64,000 nt of DNA from Flavobacterium sp. (GCF_013823965.1 NZ_PNNA01000005.1:5419-69418); one strand, 5' to 3'. Shown: positions 19,116 to 30,861, numbered from the stretch's first letter. A program made the numbers and translations. The notes: generated by a model from the letters alone, not told the origin.

Positions 19116-19548
19116 TTCAAGAGTTTGAAGTTTGGGTTAAAAAATAAAATTTTTGTTGGTATTGAAAAACGATTCTTATTCGAGTATATCCTGAAATTTG
19201 TGCAATATAAAAGAACTCCTAAAATTAGAGTATAAGATGATAAGCAGAAAAAAATGATGTTTTCAGTATGAAATAATCCGATGGATGATACTAATAATTT
19301 CAAAATAAGAAAAATGAAAAATGAATAAAAATAAAGAAACACGTTTTGGAGCTATGACTATAGCATCCGTACTTCGGGAGAAGTGGTTGGTTTGTTTATC
19401 CGTGAAACAGAAATGATATGTACACTTGTTTTATTCATCGGCGCAAAATTACGATTAATTTATTGAAACACCGGGTATTTTTTGTAACAAATTTAAAATT
19501 AATTGTTAATTTTAATGATGTTGACGCGAATGATGTTAGTGTTTTTTG

Positions 19549-20730
19549 TTAGTTTCTAAATGTGTTTTTGTTGATGAGATCTTTTAATTTCATTTTCAAA
19601 TTTTCGCCTGTGTCATATATCATTTGATCATTTGACGGAAAAGGAACTGCTCTTTTGTCAAAATAAGAAAAGTAATTGTCGTCTGATGCGCGCTTGTCTC
19701 CTTTGTATGTTGCATAAACGTTTTCAAAAACAAATTCACTAACCAATGGAAAGGACTGGATTAATTGATTGTTTCGGAAGTTTATATAATCCACTTTTGC
19801 AGTGATTTGACAAGATTTAAGTTGTCTGGATTCAAAAATTCGCACGGTCACGTTTCTAAGATTGTCCACCATGACAACATTTCCAGAGTTGTCCTTGATT
19901 TCTTTTCCATTGGCATCCAAAAGTTTTTTTTGCCCGTCTTTTATTTGTCGTTCCTTGATAAATTCTTTTTCTTTGATTTGTTCTGGCGATAGGAGTATTT
20001 CTCTAAAACTGATTACCATTGTGTAATCATAATTGATTCCTTTTTGTTTGGTGCCATGAAATACCGTCCATTTATTGTTCAATCCATAAGTGTCAAAATC
20101 CAATAAATCATTTTGCAAACGACTTGGGATAACCATATTGGTTTCGTTTTTTGTGTTAACGTTTACATAGTCCGTTCCTTTGAAAAGGGCTTCATTCATT
20201 AAATCCAAGGTGTTTTTGTAATTTGGATTTATCTGGTTCAAATAATTCAAATCGTCATGTGCTTTGCGAAAATTCATTTTGTCGGAAGTTGACAGCAAGG
20301 ACTTGGCATTGGCATACAAATAACCAGACAAGTTGTTTTTGCTGGCCACGATTTGGTTATTGTAATTTTCCAAAGGGAAAATGGCATTCCTGCCTTCGTT
20401 CAATAATTTTAGCGGAAGCAACGGTTTTATCTTTTCCTGACGATTATTTAATTGCAGATAGGTATTGTATATTTTTTCAAAATTGGCTGGATTTTTGTCT
20501 TTTTCCAACAAATTTATGGTGTTCAAATCGCGTTCTTTGGCTTTGGCGAAAGCTTCTTCGAGCAAATAGACATAATCCTGGTTTCCTTTTTTGTCTTTAT
20601 TGGTACGCAAATTCGAAATCGAATTGTTTATCGCTTCATCATAATTGCCGGAACTCAATAAGTTTTGGGTTTGTTTGACTCCGCAGGAAGTCAATAGTAT
20701 TATTGCTAATAAAAAGTAGTGTTTTTTCAT
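19549..20730 (-). CDS. hypothetical lipoprotein
   Basis: 393-aa ORF with signal peptide and lipobox LLTSC. No family recognised. Confidence 0.55.
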   Translation of the reverse strand: MKKHYFLLAIILLTSCGVKQTQNLLSSGNYDEAINNSISNLRTNKDKKGNQDYVYLLEEAFAKAKERDLNTINLLEKDKNPANFEKIYNTYLQLNNRQEKIKPLLPLKLLNEGRNAIFPLENYNNQIVASKNNLSGYLYANAKSLLSTSDKMNFRKAHDDLNYLNQINPNYKNTLDLMNEALFKGTDYVNVNTKNETNMVIPSRLQNDLLDFDTYGLNNKWTVFHGTKQKGINYDYTMVISFREILLSPEQIKEKEFIKERQIKDGQKKLLDANGKEIKDNSGNVVMVDNLRNVTVRIFESRQLKSCQITAKVDYINFRNNQLIQSFPLVSEFVFENVYATYKGDKRASDDNYFSYFDKRAVPFPSNDQMIYDTGENLKMKLKDLINKNTFRN

Positions 20731-20811
20731 TCTAAAAAGTTTTTTACAAATTTACTATAATTTTCTTACCAGCGAGCCAGTTCGTGAGTCAGTTTCCAGT
20801 TTTTTGTGGTC

Positions 20812-20844
20812 AAAAAAAATCCGACATGTATTGCGATGTCGGAT
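20812..20844 (-). terminator. rho-independent terminator of fahA
   Basis: Stem atccgacat/atgtcggat. On the minus strand an 8-nt T run follows. Confidence 0.75.
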
Positions 20845-20854
20845 TTTAAAAGAT

Positions 20855-22138
20855 TTATTTTCTTACAAATGGTGGCAGCAGTTTACTGGAAACTTCTCCA
20901 AAACCAATTCGGACTCCATTGTTTTTGCAAAATCCTCTCATGATTACGGTGTCTCCGTCGTTTAGAAATTTGCGTTCCGTTCCGTCGTTGAGTTTAATTG
21001 GGTTTTTTCCTCCCCAAGTTAATTCTAGCAAGGACCCATAACTATCGGGAGTAGGACCTGAAATGGTTCCTGAACCCATCATGTCGCCGGAGTTTACGCG
21101 GCAACCATTTGAGGTGTGGTGTGCTAATTGTTGGGTCATGGACCAATACATATACTTAAAGTTGGATCTAGAAACAACAGTTTCCTCTGCGTTTTCTGGC
21201 TGTATGGATACTTCAAGATTAATGTCAAAATTATGTTTTCCTTTTTGTTGTAAATAGGGAAACGGTGCTGGATCTTGTTTGGGGCCTTTGGTTCTGAAAG
21301 GTTCCAAGGCATCCATCGTGATAATCCATGGAGAAATTGATGTGGCGAAGTTTTTTGCCAAGAATGGTCCAAGTGGCACATATTCCCATTTTTGAATGTC
21401 ACGAGCGCTCCAATCGTTCATTAAAACCATTCCAAAAATGTAGTCTTCCGCTTCACTTATGGGAATGTTTTCTCCCATAATGTTGGCATCGGTAGTGATA
21501 AAAGCAGTTTCCAATTCGAAATCCACCGAACGTGAGGGACCAAAAACAGGTGTTGTTTCGCCGTTTGGCAAAGTTTGTCCCATTGGTCTATTCACTGAAA
21601 TTCCAGATGGAATAATGGTGGAACTTCTTCCGTGATATCCCACGGGAACATAAAGCCAATTAGGTAACAAAGCATTTTCAGGGTCACGAAACATTTTTCC
21701 AACATTGGTTGCGTGTTCTTTGCTGGAATAAAAATCAGTGTAATCGCCAATTAATACTGGCAATTGCATTTCAATATGTTTTACATCAAAGATTACGATG
21801 TCTCGGTGTTCTTTATTGTCTCTAAGTTTGGGATTGGTTTCGTCAAATAATTCGGCCAATCGATTTCGAACCATTCTCCATGTTTTTTTTCCATCCGATA
21901 TGAAATCGTTCAGGGTATCTTGCATGAACATGTCGTCAGTCAATTCGATGCCTTCAAAATAATTCAATTGTTGTAGTGCTCCCATGTCTATGGCGCAATT
22001 TCCAATTCGGGTTCCTATGGTTATGACATCGTCTTTGGTAATAAACACACCAAAAGGAATATTTTGAATGGGAAAATCACTGTTCTCGGGAACGTTTATC
22101 CATGATTTTCTATCGGGGTTATTGGCAGATATTGGCAT
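20855..22138 (-). CDS. fahA: fumarylacetoacetase
   Basis: 427 aa with FAH motifs [18 protein letters not shown] and RPMGQ. Confidence 0.92.
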   Translation of the reverse strand: MPISANNPDRKSWINVPENSDFPIQNIPFGVFITKDDVITIGTRIGNCAIDMGALQQLNYFEGIELTDDMFMQDTLNDFISDGKKTWRMVRNRLAELFDETNPKLRDNKEHRDIVIFDVKHIEMQLPVLIGDYTDFYSSKEHATNVGKMFRDPENALLPNWLYVPVGYHGRSSTIIPSGISVNRPMGQTLPNGETTPVFGPSRSVDFELETAFITTDANIMGENIPISEAEDYIFGMVLMNDWSARDIQKWEYVPLGPFLAKNFATSISPWIITMDALEPFRTKGPKQDPAPFPYLQQKGKHNFDINLEVSIQPENAEETVVSRSNFKYMYWSMTQQLAHHTSNGCRVNSGDMMGSGTISGPTPDSYGSLLELTWGGKNPIKLNDGTERKFLNDGDTVIMRGFCKNNGVRIGFGEVSSKLLPPFVRK

Positions 22139-22247
22139 ATTAGTGTTAATTATTTTGTTGAGAAATAGTCATCAAATATATCATAATCTAACTGTTTACC
22201 AAACGTTTTTTTGTATTTTTGCGCACAAATTAACTAAAATCAAAGAA

Positions 22248-23522
22248 ATGCAACGCGACGAACAAATTTTTGACCTTATTTTAGAGGAACAAGACAGACA
22301 AATTCACGGACTAGAACTTATAGCTTCCGAGAATTTTGTGAGTGATGAAGTAATGGAAGCAGCTGGTTCTGTTTTAACAAATAAATATGCAGAAGGTTAT
22401 CCCGGTAAAAGATACTATGGTGGTTGTGAAGTAGTTGATGTAATTGAACAAATTGCCATTGACAGAGCCAAGGAATTATTTGGAGCTGAATATGCAAACG
22501 TGCAACCTCACTCGGGTTCACAAGCAAACACGGCGGTTTTCTTTGCTTGTTTGAAACCAGGAGATAAAATTTTAGGTTTCGATTTATCTCACGGTGGTCA
22601 CTTGACGCATGGTTCTCCAGTAAATTTCTCGGGACGTTTATACAATCCTGTTTTTTATGGAGTAGATAAAGAAACGGGAAGATTGGATTATGATAAAATT
22701 CAAGAAATCGCCACAAAAGAGCAACCAAAATTAATTATCGCAGGAGCTTCGGCTTATTCTCGCGACATGGATTTTGAACGTTTCAGGGTAATTGCTGACA
22801 GTGTTGGTGCTATTTTGATGGCCGATATTTCGCATCCAGCAGGATTGATTGCCAAAGGATTGATGAATGATCCAATTCCTCATTGTCATATCGTTACAAC
22901 TACAACACACAAAACATTGCGTGGTCCTCGTGGAGGTTTGATTATGATGGGAAAAGATTTTCCTAATCCATTTGGTTTGACAACTCCAAAAGGCGAAATC
23001 AGAATGATGTCTTCTTTATTGGATTTAGCCGTTTTTCCTGGAAATCAAGGAGGTCCTTTAATGCATATTATTGCTGCCAAAGCAGTTGCTTTTGGAGAAG
23101 CGTTGCAAGATGAATTTTTCACTTATGCTTTGCAATTGCAAAAAAATGCCAATGCCATGGCAGATGCATTCGTAAAAAGAGGATACAACATTATTTCTGG
23201 CGGAACTGACAATCACATGATGTTGATTGATTTGAGAAACAAGAATATTTCTGGAAAAGAAGCTGAAAATGCCTTGGTAAAAGCTGAAATTACCGTAAAC
23301 AAAAACATGGTTCCTTTTGATGACAAATCACCGTTTGTAACTTCGGGAATTCGTGTGGGAACGGCAGCAATCACCACTCGTGGTCTTGTTGAAGAAGACA
23401 TGGAAACCATTGTGGCTTTAATAGATAGAGTTTTGGTAGATCACACTAACGAAGCCGTTATCGAAGAAGTAGCCAATGAAGTTAACGAAATGATGAGTGA
23501 AAGAGCTATTTTCGTTTTCTAA
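22248..23522 (+). CDS. glyA: serine hydroxymethyltransferase
   Basis: PLP-Lys motif [14 protein letters not shown]. The ATG at 22248 ([10 protein letters not shown]) is the family-typical start. The track extension to 22068 overlaps fahA. Confidence 0.96.
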   Translation: MQRDEQIFDLILEEQDRQIHGLELIASENFVSDEVMEAAGSVLTNKYAEGYPGKRYYGGCEVVDVIEQIAIDRAKELFGAEYANVQPHSGSQANTAVFFACLKPGDKILGFDLSHGGHLTHGSPVNFSGRLYNPVFYGVDKETGRLDYDKIQEIATKEQPKLIIAGASAYSRDMDFERFRVIADSVGAILMADISHPAGLIAKGLMNDPIPHCHIVTTTTHKTLRGPRGGLIMMGKDFPNPFGLTTPKGEIRMMSSLLDLAVFPGNQGGPLMHIIAAKAVAFGEALQDEFFTYALQLQKNANAMADAFVKRGYNIISGGTDNHMMLIDLRNKNISGKEAENALVKAEITVNKNMVPFDDKSPFVTSGIRVGTAAITTRGLVEEDMETIVALIDRVLVDHTNEAVIEEVANEVNEMMSERAIFVF

Positions 23523-23554
23523 AAAGTATAAATAATTTCTTTATTATTTAATTA

Positions 23555-23592
23555 AACCCCTTTTAAAGTTTTAGCTTTGAAAGGGGTTTTTA
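23555..23592 (+). terminator. rho-independent terminator of glyA
   Basis: Perfect 10-bp stem aaaccccttt/aaaggggttt followed by Ts. Confidence 0.8.
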
Positions 23593-24000
23593 TATTTAAT
23601 ACATCGAAAAGATAGTATAAATAAATGATAATTTCCCTATATATTTAATTTGTGAAGAAGTCAAATTTACCCGCTTCTCCCACCATGTTTTTCCATATTT
23701 TTTAAAAATAAAAAGGGTTGATTTTCGGTTTTCCAGAAGAAAATAAGATGTAAATAGAAAATTAAAAAAACTATATCGTTAGCGCTATTTTTGTTTTTTT
23801 TCTTCAAAAACAGCTAAAAAAGATTCATAATTAATTAATAAGATGTAAAAAAAAAGGAATGTGCATTTATTTTGGACAAGGATTGCTGTTTTGCTAAAAA
23901 ACAGCTAGATCAAGTAGTCCATTCACATATTTCGTAAATTTAGAGTATAGAAAAGTAAGATAAATATATCTAAATAGAATAGATAATTAAAACATTAAAA

Positions 24001-26250
24001 ATGGAAAATTTAGTAGAAAGAGTAGCGCTTAATGAAGGGGTCTTGAATAAAGGAGTTTGGAATAATACTATTAATGTACACGATTTCATTTTACAAAACA
24101 TCAAATCATACCAAGGAGATGCCAGTTTTCTTGTAGGCCCATCAGCCAAAACAACCAAATTATGGGATGTATGTAAAGAATCGCTTTTGAAAGAAAGAGA
24201 AAATAACGGTTGTTTGGCAGTGGATACCGAAGTGATTTCCAATATCACCGCTTTTGGCCCTGGTTATATCCAAAAAGAAAATGAAACCATTGTGGGACTT
24301 CAAACAGACGAGCTTTTGAAAAGATCGATGAAACCTTTTGGAGGAATCAAATTGGTGGAATCTGCAGTTGCCGAAAGAGGATTGAAAGTTTCAGATAGAG
24401 TAGTTGATATTTTCAATTATGCCAGAAACCACAACCAAGCCGTATTCGATGCTTATGACGGTGAGATTAAAACATACAGATCAAAACACGTATTAACTGG
24501 TTTACCTGATAATTATGCTAGAGGAAGAATCATTGGCGATTTCAGGAGAGTGGCTCTTTACGGAATTGACAGATTGATTGCCGAAAAGAAAGCAGACAAA
24601 GAGAAAGTTTCAGGTGATATGAACGATGCCAAAGTTCGTTTGCGTGAAGAAATTGCCGAGCAAATCAACGCCTTGCTTGACATGAAAAAAATGGCGCTGA
24701 CTTATGGAATTGACATTTCAAAGCCAGCCGTTAACGCTCACGAAGCAGTGCAGTTTACTTACTTGGCTTATTTAAGTGCTGTTAAGGAACAAGACGGGGC
24801 TGCAATGTCTCTAGGAAATGTTTCTTCTTTCTTGGATGTTTATATTCAAAACGATTTAGAAGCCGGAATTATCGATGAGGAACAAGCCCAAGAATACATT
24901 GACCAATTCGTGATGAAATTGCGTTTGGTGCGTCACCTTCGTCCAGGAGCTTACGATGCCATCTTTGGTGGGGATCCAACTTGGGTTACCGAAGCTATCG
25001 GTGGTCAATTGCACGATGGAAGAACCAAAGTAACCAAAACTTCTTTCCGTTTCTTGCAAACTCTTTACAACTTGGGAGCTTCTCCAGAACCAAACTTGAC
25101 TATTCTTTGGTCTGAAAGCTTGCCACAAGGATTCAAGGATTTCTGTGCACAGGTTTCTATCGACACTTCTTCACTTCAATACGAAAATGACGATTTGATG
25201 AGAGACAATCGTGGTTCTGACGATTACGGTATTGCTTGTTGCGTTTCTTACCAACACATCGGAAAAACAATACAACACTTTGGTGCTCGTGCCAATTTGC
25301 CAAAAGCGCTTTTGATGGCTTTGAACGGTGGTAGGGAAGAAGCCCATGGTGTGCAAGTGGTAAACAATATCTCTGAGATGGATGACGAAGTATTGGATTA
25401 CGACACCGTAATGAAATCTTTCAAGAAAACATTGGCCGAAGTAGCTCGTGTGTATGCCAAATCGATGTACATCATTCACTACATGCACGACAAATATTAC
25501 TATGAAAGAGCCCAAATGTCCTTGATTGACTCCAATCCAAATATTGACATTGCTTATGGTGCTGCCGGAATTTCCATTATTGCCGATTCACTTTCTGCCA
25601 TCAAATATGCCAAAGTATCTCCAATCAGAAACGAATTCGGATTGACTACAGACTTCAACATCGAAGGGGATTATCCAAAATTTGGTAACGACGACGATAG
25701 AGTGGACAGCATTGCACAAGAAGTGACCAAAATCTTTATTGACGAGTTGAGAAAACACAAAACTTATAAAAATGCAACTCCTACACTTTCATTGCTTACC
25801 ATTACATCAAACGTAATGTACGGTTCCAATACTGGTGCAACTCCAGACGGACGTAAAGCAGGTGAGGCTTTTGCACCGGGAGCAAATCCAATGCACGGTA
25901 GAGACGAAAACGGAGCGATTGCTTCCTTGAACTCAGTTAGTAAATTGAATTACAACGACGCCCAAGACGGAATCTCCTATACTTTCACCATGGTTCCTAA
26001 ATCTTTGGGTAACAATTTGGAAGAGCAAGTAGCCAATTTAACTACTACTTTGGATGCTTATTTCGGAAGAAATGCCCACCACTTGAATGTTAACGTGTTG
26101 AACAAGGAAACTTTGGTGGATGCCTACAATCATCCAGAAAATTATCCTCAATTGACCATCCGTGTTTCTGGTTATGCTGTTAATTTCGTACGTTTGTCTA
26201 AAGCGCACCAATTAGAAGTAATCAGCAGAACATTCCATGACACTATGTAA
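24001..26250 (+). CDS. pflB: formate C-acetyltransferase (pyruvate formate-lyase)
   Basis: 749 aa with glycyl-radical motif RVSGYAV near the C-terminus and the active-site Cys pair in IACCVSY. Confidence 0.96.
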   Translation: MENLVERVALNEGVLNKGVWNNTINVHDFILQNIKSYQGDASFLVGPSAKTTKLWDVCKESLLKERENNGCLAVDTEVISNITAFGPGYIQKENETIVGLQTDELLKRSMKPFGGIKLVESAVAERGLKVSDRVVDIFNYARNHNQAVFDAYDGEIKTYRSKHVLTGLPDNYARGRIIGDFRRVALYGIDRLIAEKKADKEKVSGDMNDAKVRLREEIAEQINALLDMKKMALTYGIDISKPAVNAHEAVQFTYLAYLSAVKEQDGAAMSLGNVSSFLDVYIQNDLEAGIIDEEQAQEYIDQFVMKLRLVRHLRPGAYDAIFGGDPTWVTEAIGGQLHDGRTKVTKTSFRFLQTLYNLGASPEPNLTILWSESLPQGFKDFCAQVSIDTSSLQYENDDLMRDNRGSDDYGIACCVSYQHIGKTIQHFGARANLPKALLMALNGGREEAHGVQVVNNISEMDDEVLDYDTVMKSFKKTLAEVARVYAKSMYIIHYMHDKYYYERAQMSLIDSNPNIDIAYGAAGISIIADSLSAIKYAKVSPIRNEFGLTTDFNIEGDYPKFGNDDDRVDSIAQEVTKIFIDELRKHKTYKNATPTLSLLTITSNVMYGSNTGATPDGRKAGEAFAPGANPMHGRDENGAIASLNSVSKLNYNDAQDGISYTFTMVPKSLGNNLEEQVANLTTTLDAYFGRNAHHLNVNVLNKETLVDAYNHPENYPQLTIRVSGYAVNFVRLSKAHQLEVISRTFHDTM

Positions 26251-26284
26251 TTGATTGCAAAGCTTCGATAAAAGCTGGCTTTAT

Positions 26285-26324
26285 AAATGCTATTTCTTTA
26301 AAATTTATTAAAGGAATAGCATTT
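26285..26324 (+). promoter_or_regulatory. intercistronic stem-loop between pflB and pflA
   Basis: 10-bp arms aaatgctatt/aatagcattt with a 20-nt AT loop. It could attenuate transcription or stabilise the pflB message. Confidence 0.4.
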
Positions 26325-26348
26325 AATAAATCAATTAAAAAATAAAAT

Positions 26349-27125
26349 ATGTACTTCCCAGAACAACCCAACCATCTATTAAACGATACCGATTTTGATT
26401 CATTAAGAATACATTCACTGGAAACCTTTGGAACACACGATGGGCCGGGAATACGAATGATTGTATTCGTGCAGGGATGCCAATTTCGATGCCTGTATTG
26501 TCAAAATCCGGATTCGATAGATATTCACGGCGGTTCATTGGTCACCATCGATGAACTCGTTACCAAAGCGTTAAAACAAAAATCTTATTTTGGAAAAAAA
26601 GGAGGAGTCACCGTTTCGGGCGGAGAACCCTTGTTGCAAAGATCCAAATTGATTACCTTCTTTGACCGTTTGCACGAACAAGGCATCAACACTTGCCTGG
26701 ACTCGAATGGACGCGTTTTGGATGCCCAAACCAAAGAAGTTTTGGATAGAACCGATTTGTTGATGCTGGACGTAAAGCACATCAACGAAGAATGGCACAA
26801 AAAATTGACTGGCTTGAACAATGCCACCACCCTAAAAGTGGCAGAATACCGCGAAAGCACCGGAAAACCGATGTGGTTGCGCTATGTTTTGGTTCCGGGA
26901 TGGTCAGACCAAGAGGAATATTTGCACGAATGGGCGAAACATTTTTCGGGTTACAAAACAGTCGAAAGGGTCGAAATCATTCCTTTTCACCAACTGGGAA
27001 AACACAAATGGGAATTGATGAACATGAAATATGAACTTGCCGAAACACCGACTCCCACAGCAGAAACGTTGGATAAAGTAAAAGCCATTTTTGACTTGTA
27101 TTTGGATAACGTGAAAATAAAATAA
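26349..27125 (+). CDS. pflA: pyruvate formate-lyase activating enzyme (radical SAM)
   Basis: 258 aa with CX3CX2C cluster motif CQFRCLYCQNPD and GGEPLLQ. Confidence 0.93.
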   Translation: MYFPEQPNHLLNDTDFDSLRIHSLETFGTHDGPGIRMIVFVQGCQFRCLYCQNPDSIDIHGGSLVTIDELVTKALKQKSYFGKKGGVTVSGGEPLLQRSKLITFFDRLHEQGINTCLDSNGRVLDAQTKEVLDRTDLLMLDVKHINEEWHKKLTGLNNATTLKVAEYRESTGKPMWLRYVLVPGWSDQEEYLHEWAKHFSGYKTVERVEIIPFHQLGKHKWELMNMKYELAETPTPTAETLDKVKAIFDLYLDNVKIK

Positions 27126-27154
27126 ATTCAAGAAAAAGTATTTAAGAAATTAAA

Positions 27155-28333
27155 ATGAAAAAAAATAAATATTTGATTGTCTTGGCCGGAATGATCATGC
27201 AGCTGTCAATCGGGTCTATTTACGCCTATAGTAAATGGATTGAACCCTTGTCGAAAGAATTGAATTGGGATGCCCACGACACCAAAACAGGCTTTAGTTT
27301 GGCCATTTGCTTTTTGGGCTTGACGGCGGCTTTTATGGGTAAATTTGCCCAAAAAGTAGGACCAACCAAAGCAGGATTATTGGCCGCCCTGTTTTTAACG
27401 GTGGGATTATTGGGTGGTGCTTTGGCCGTCAACATAGGTTCCATTTTCTTGTTTTACTGGACATTTGGCGTTTTGCAGGGAATTGGTTTGGGATTTGGAT
27501 ACGTGGTTCCGGTTTACACCGTAGTGAAATGGTTTCCGGATCGTCCGGGATTTGCTTCGGGAATCATCATCATGTCCTTTGCTTTGGGCTCGTTGTTGGC
27601 TTCTTTCTTGATTAGTCCATTAATTGCTTCCGCGGGATTGTCCGGTGCATTTGCCGTCTTGGGAATTGCCTACGGAATTTGCATGTTGTTGAGCGCCTTG
27701 TATTTGGCAAATCCTGCAACAGCCGAAACAAAACACCATGCCCATGTTGATTTGACTCCAAAAGAAATCATTACCGACAAACGTTTTATAGCTCTTTGGT
27801 TGTTATTGTTTTTGAACGTATGTGGCGGTATCGCCATTATTTCGAAAGCGGCCGTTTTGGGACAAGAAGTGGTAGGAATGAGTGCGGCACAATCTACCTT
27901 GTTTGTGGCCATCATTGGATTGTTCAACGGAATCGGGCGTTTGTTCTGGTCCAGTATTTCGGATAAAATAGGTTGTTGGACCACTTTTATGGTTTTTATT
28001 GGGGTAAATGCAATTTGTTTTGCCTTGATTCCCAGTTTTTCAACCAATAATACCTCTTTCCAAATCTTGACTTATGTCATCATTGCGGGTTATGGCGCCG
28101 GTTTTGCCACGATGCCTTCTTTCGTGAAAAGCATTTTTGGAACAGAAAATTACGGACAAGTATTGGGTTACACCTTGACGGCTTGGTCGGCTGCGGCCTT
28201 TGTTGGTCCATTGTTGTTGGGATTGAGCACGGAAATCACTATTTTCTACTTGTTTGCCATATTGTTGGCAGTTGCCTTGATTGTTGGATTTTGGTTGAAA
28301 GGATTATTGTCAAAACCCTTGGTTGTGGCATAG
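27155..28333 (+). CDS. MFS transporter, oxalate/formate antiporter (OFA)-like
   Basis: 392 aa with about 12 hydrophobic segments. The N-terminus YAYSKWIEPL...GFSLAICFLGL is typical of OFA-family MFS. Lies immediately downstream of pflA. Confidence 0.75.
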   Translation: MKKNKYLIVLAGMIMQLSIGSIYAYSKWIEPLSKELNWDAHDTKTGFSLAICFLGLTAAFMGKFAQKVGPTKAGLLAALFLTVGLLGGALAVNIGSIFLFYWTFGVLQGIGLGFGYVVPVYTVVKWFPDRPGFASGIIIMSFALGSLLASFLISPLIASAGLSGAFAVLGIAYGICMLLSALYLANPATAETKHHAHVDLTPKEIITDKRFIALWLLLFLNVCGGIAIISKAAVLGQEVVGMSAAQSTLFVAIIGLFNGIGRLFWSSISDKIGCWTTFMVFIGVNAICFALIPSFSTNNTSFQILTYVIIAGYGAGFATMPSFVKSIFGTENYGQVLGYTLTAWSAAAFVGPLLLGLSTEITIFYLFAILLAVALIVGFWLKGLLSKPLVVA

Positions 28334-28361
28334 TTACTTTATTTTTATATATTGTTGAATG

Positions 28362-28393
28362 GCCCACGGTTTCAATCGTGGGCTATTTTTTTT
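28362..28393 (+). terminator. rho-independent terminator of the pfl/MFS unit
   Basis: Stem gcccacg/cgtgggc followed by an 8-nt T run. Confidence 0.8.
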
Positions 28394-28422
28394 ATTGCAA
28401 TCAATGGTTTTGACAGTGGATT

Positions 28423-28992
28423 TTATTCTATGACCAATTCGTGTTTGAACAAAAGTCCTTTTACTTCGTTCAACGAAAAAACAGCCTTTTTAAGCTTTGT
28501 TTTCGTCGGGTCGATGGTGTAATTGTAACTGGTCTTGAAATTGGCCTTGTCGGCCTTGGCTTTCGCAAATTCGGAACGGTATAAATCGCAGTTGTCGAAA
28601 ATCGCTTCGGTCAAATCGGCGGCCATAAAATCCACGGCGACAAGACTGCAATCGGTAAAGGTGGTTCCCTTGATTTTCAGGGTGTAAAATTTGGAGAAAT
28701 CCAATACGCATTCCTTGAAATGGATTTCAAAAATGAGTTTGTCGCACATCGCAAAATTCACGTCTTCGATTCGGCATCGATTGAAAAATACGCTTCTTAA
28801 TGCCACGTGGTTGATTTTGCCTCCGCTAAAAATGCAATCGTTGAAGGTGCAATCGATAAAAACGACCCCGATAAAATTGCATTGCGAGAAATCGCAATGG
28901 TTGAAAGTACAGCATTCAAATTCCTTCAAATTGACTTCTTGTTCACCATAAACGATGTTGTTGTACTCGATGTCAAGGAAATAATCAGGCAT
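28423..28992 (-). CDS. pentapeptide-repeat protein
   Basis: 189 aa of consecutive A(D/N)LxF-type pentapeptides (CTFNHCDFSQCNFIGVVFIDCTFNDCIFSGG...). Confidence 0.8.
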   Translation of the reverse strand: MPDYFLDIEYNNIVYGEQEVNLKEFECCTFNHCDFSQCNFIGVVFIDCTFNDCIFSGGKINHVALRSVFFNRCRIEDVNFAMCDKLIFEIHFKECVLDFSKFYTLKIKGTTFTDCSLVAVDFMAADLTEAIFDNCDLYRSEFAKAKADKANFKTSYNYTIDPTKTKLKKAVFSLNEVKGLLFKHELVIE

Positions 28993-29142
28993 TTGTTTGA
29001 AACAAGTTTGTAAAAATTAGTCGTCAACAAAGAAACAAATTAAAAAACTTGCATAATCCCGAAATACGGATAATCTTGTCTTTTTAAAAAAAAGTTAAAA
29101 TTAGTTTATTGCTGGGACTTTGTTATTAAATTCGCCGACAAT

Positions 29143-29526
29143 ATGAGAACAGTTGTTTTTTATCTTTACATTAGTCTCCTTCTGCTATGTGGCGGAAACA
29201 ATTCGTATGCAACTGTACGTCATTCTGAAAAGAATTCTTCTTTTGCCCAAAATCTTGATGTAAAACAGCAAGTAAAGCATAAAAATTCAAAACATCATGA
29301 GACATTAAAAGAGAGTTCCGATATTGAAGTGGATGAAGAATTCCATACAAGTGATGATTACAATGATACTATATCCAATAAATTTTTAGCTGAAAAACAA
29401 AGTCTGTTTTTGACCTTCTTCCGTCAAAACCTTTATAAAGATTCCTCCCATAATTTTAAAATCTTCGCGCCCTTAAGCGTTCATTCCAATCCTATTTATC
29501 TTCGAATAGGCGTTTTTCGAATATGA
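29143..29526 (+). CDS. hypothetical secreted protein
   Basis: 127-aa ORF with an N-terminal signal-like segment and a His/Lys-rich stretch. No family recognised. Confidence 0.4.
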   Translation: MRTVVFYLYISLLLLCGGNNSYATVRHSEKNSSFAQNLDVKQQVKHKNSKHHETLKESSDIEVDEEFHTSDDYNDTISNKFLAEKQSLFLTFFRQNLYKDSSHNFKIFAPLSVHSNPIYLRIGVFRI

Positions 29527-29696
29527 TATTTACGATACATCAGTTACCCAAGGCGTAATTGTATGTAGCTGAATAAGGCTGTCATATCTATTTCATCTTG
29601 TTGGACGGTTCAGGTCTTGCCTGGTGACTGATGCTGTTTTATGTTGAAAGGAATTCCTTGATTCCAAGCATTATCGTTTAATATCATTTTTATATC

Positions 29697-30779
29697 ATGA
29701 AGAAAATAATCGTGTTCACGGGCTTGATGGCCTTGACGTGTCTTGTAAGTTGTACACCCAAAAAAGTAGAAAAAGAAGAAGCCGAAAAATATACCGTTAC
29801 CAATCCGGTCGTAATTGACACTTCGTTTACCAAACAATATGTTTCCCAAATAAAATCGGTGAGAAACATTGAAATTCGTGCCCAAGAAAAAGGCTATTTG
29901 CAAAATATTTATGTGGATGAAGGCCAGTTTGTAAAAGCCGGTCAAGTCTTGTTCCGAATCATGCCAGGCTTGTATCAAGCAGAATTATTGAAAGCACAAG
30001 CCGAAGCCAAAGCGGCCGAAATAGAATTGCAAAATGCCAAATCCCTTGCCGATAAAAACATAGTTTCGAAAAGCGAGCAAGCCATTGCCCAAGCCAAATT
30101 GGAACAAGCAAGAGCCGAAGTTTCCTTGGCGAAACTTCATTTGTCTTTTACCGAAATCCGAGCACCATTCGACGGAACCATCGACAGAATCCCCAAAAAA
30201 CTGGGAAGTCTTATCGACGAAGGCGAATTATTGACCAGCCTTTCGGACAACAGCCAAATGTTTGCTTATTTCAACGTTTCCGAACCGGAATACATCCAAT
30301 ACCAAACGGACGTGAAAGACCGTGCCGCAAATGACGTGAATCTGGTTTTGGCCAATGGTGAATCCTTCAAACACAAAGGAAAAGTGGAAGTTATCGAAAG
30401 CGAATTTGACAATGAAACTGGAAATATCGCTTTCAGGGCTAGATTCTCCAATTCAGAAAAATTGCTTAGAAACGGTGAAACAGGGCAGGTTCAAATGCTT
30501 GTGCCTCTTAGAAACGCCATCTTGATTCCACAAAAAGCCACTTATGAAATCCAGGACAAAAAGTATGTTTTTGTCGTGGACAAGAACAACAAAGTGAGTT
30601 CAAGGGAAATCACCATCGCGGGTGAAATTCCAGATTTGTACGTTGTGAAAAGCGGTGTTACCGCCAATGACAAAATTCTGTTTGAAGGCGTTCAAAAAGT
30701 GAAAGAAAACGACAAAATCAATTTCGAATACCTGGCACCCCAAAAAGTAATCCAAAATTTACGATTAAAAGCGGAGTAG
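29697..30779 (+). CDS. RND efflux periplasmic adaptor (MFP) lipoprotein
   Basis: 360 aa with lipobox LVSC, a coiled-coil hairpin (AELLKAQAEAKAAEIELQNAK...) and beta-barrel domains. Confidence 0.9.
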   Translation: MKKIIVFTGLMALTCLVSCTPKKVEKEEAEKYTVTNPVVIDTSFTKQYVSQIKSVRNIEIRAQEKGYLQNIYVDEGQFVKAGQVLFRIMPGLYQAELLKAQAEAKAAEIELQNAKSLADKNIVSKSEQAIAQAKLEQARAEVSLAKLHLSFTEIRAPFDGTIDRIPKKLGSLIDEGELLTSLSDNSQMFAYFNVSEPEYIQYQTDVKDRAANDVNLVLANGESFKHKGKVEVIESEFDNETGNIAFRARFSNSEKLLRNGETGQVQMLVPLRNAILIPQKATYEIQDKKYVFVVDKNNKVSSREITIAGEIPDLYVVKSGVTANDKILFEGVQKVKENDKINFEYLAPQKVIQNLRLKAE

Positions 30780-30781
30780 TT

Positions 30782-30861
30782 TACAGTAATCAGCTTACAG
30801 TATTTAGTAATCAGTATTCGGTCCCGGGTAACTCTGAATACTGTAAACTGCAAACTGAACA
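30782..30861. repeat. inverted heptamer arrays (xCAGTAx)n ... (CTGxAxA)n around a cccggg centre, between the MFP and RND pump genes
   Basis: acagtaatcagcttacagtatttagtaatcagtattcggtcccgggtaactctgaatactgtaaactgcaaactgaacac. Same repeat family as 42301-42870. Confidence 0.8.

Noticed and set aside
19112-19342. 76-aa minus-strand ORF upstream of the GNAT gene.
   Set aside because: It is a hydrophobic translation of AT-rich promoter DNA, overlaps the GNAT start region and has no supporting signal.
19358-19438. A 26-codon minus-strand uORF (MNKTSVHIISVSRINKPTTSPEVRML) and TGAATAAAA half-sites (19322-19330 and 19429-19437) in the arg-operon leader, considered as a possible leader peptide or ARG boxes.
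   Set aside because: The uORF has only two Arg codons and no obvious alternative terminator/antiterminator pairing. The half-sites are about 100 nt apart and are not arranged as an 18-bp ARG-box pair. This is too weak to call.
22068-22247. N-terminal 60-codon extension of glyA given by the ORF track.
   Set aside because: The extension overlaps the fahA coding start on the other strand and has no SHMT similarity. [10 protein letters not shown] at 22248 is the family start.
29610-29978. 122-aa minus-strand ORF overlapping the start of the RND adaptor gene.
   Set aside because: It overlaps a well-supported lipoprotein adaptor gene on the opposite strand and has no motifs.
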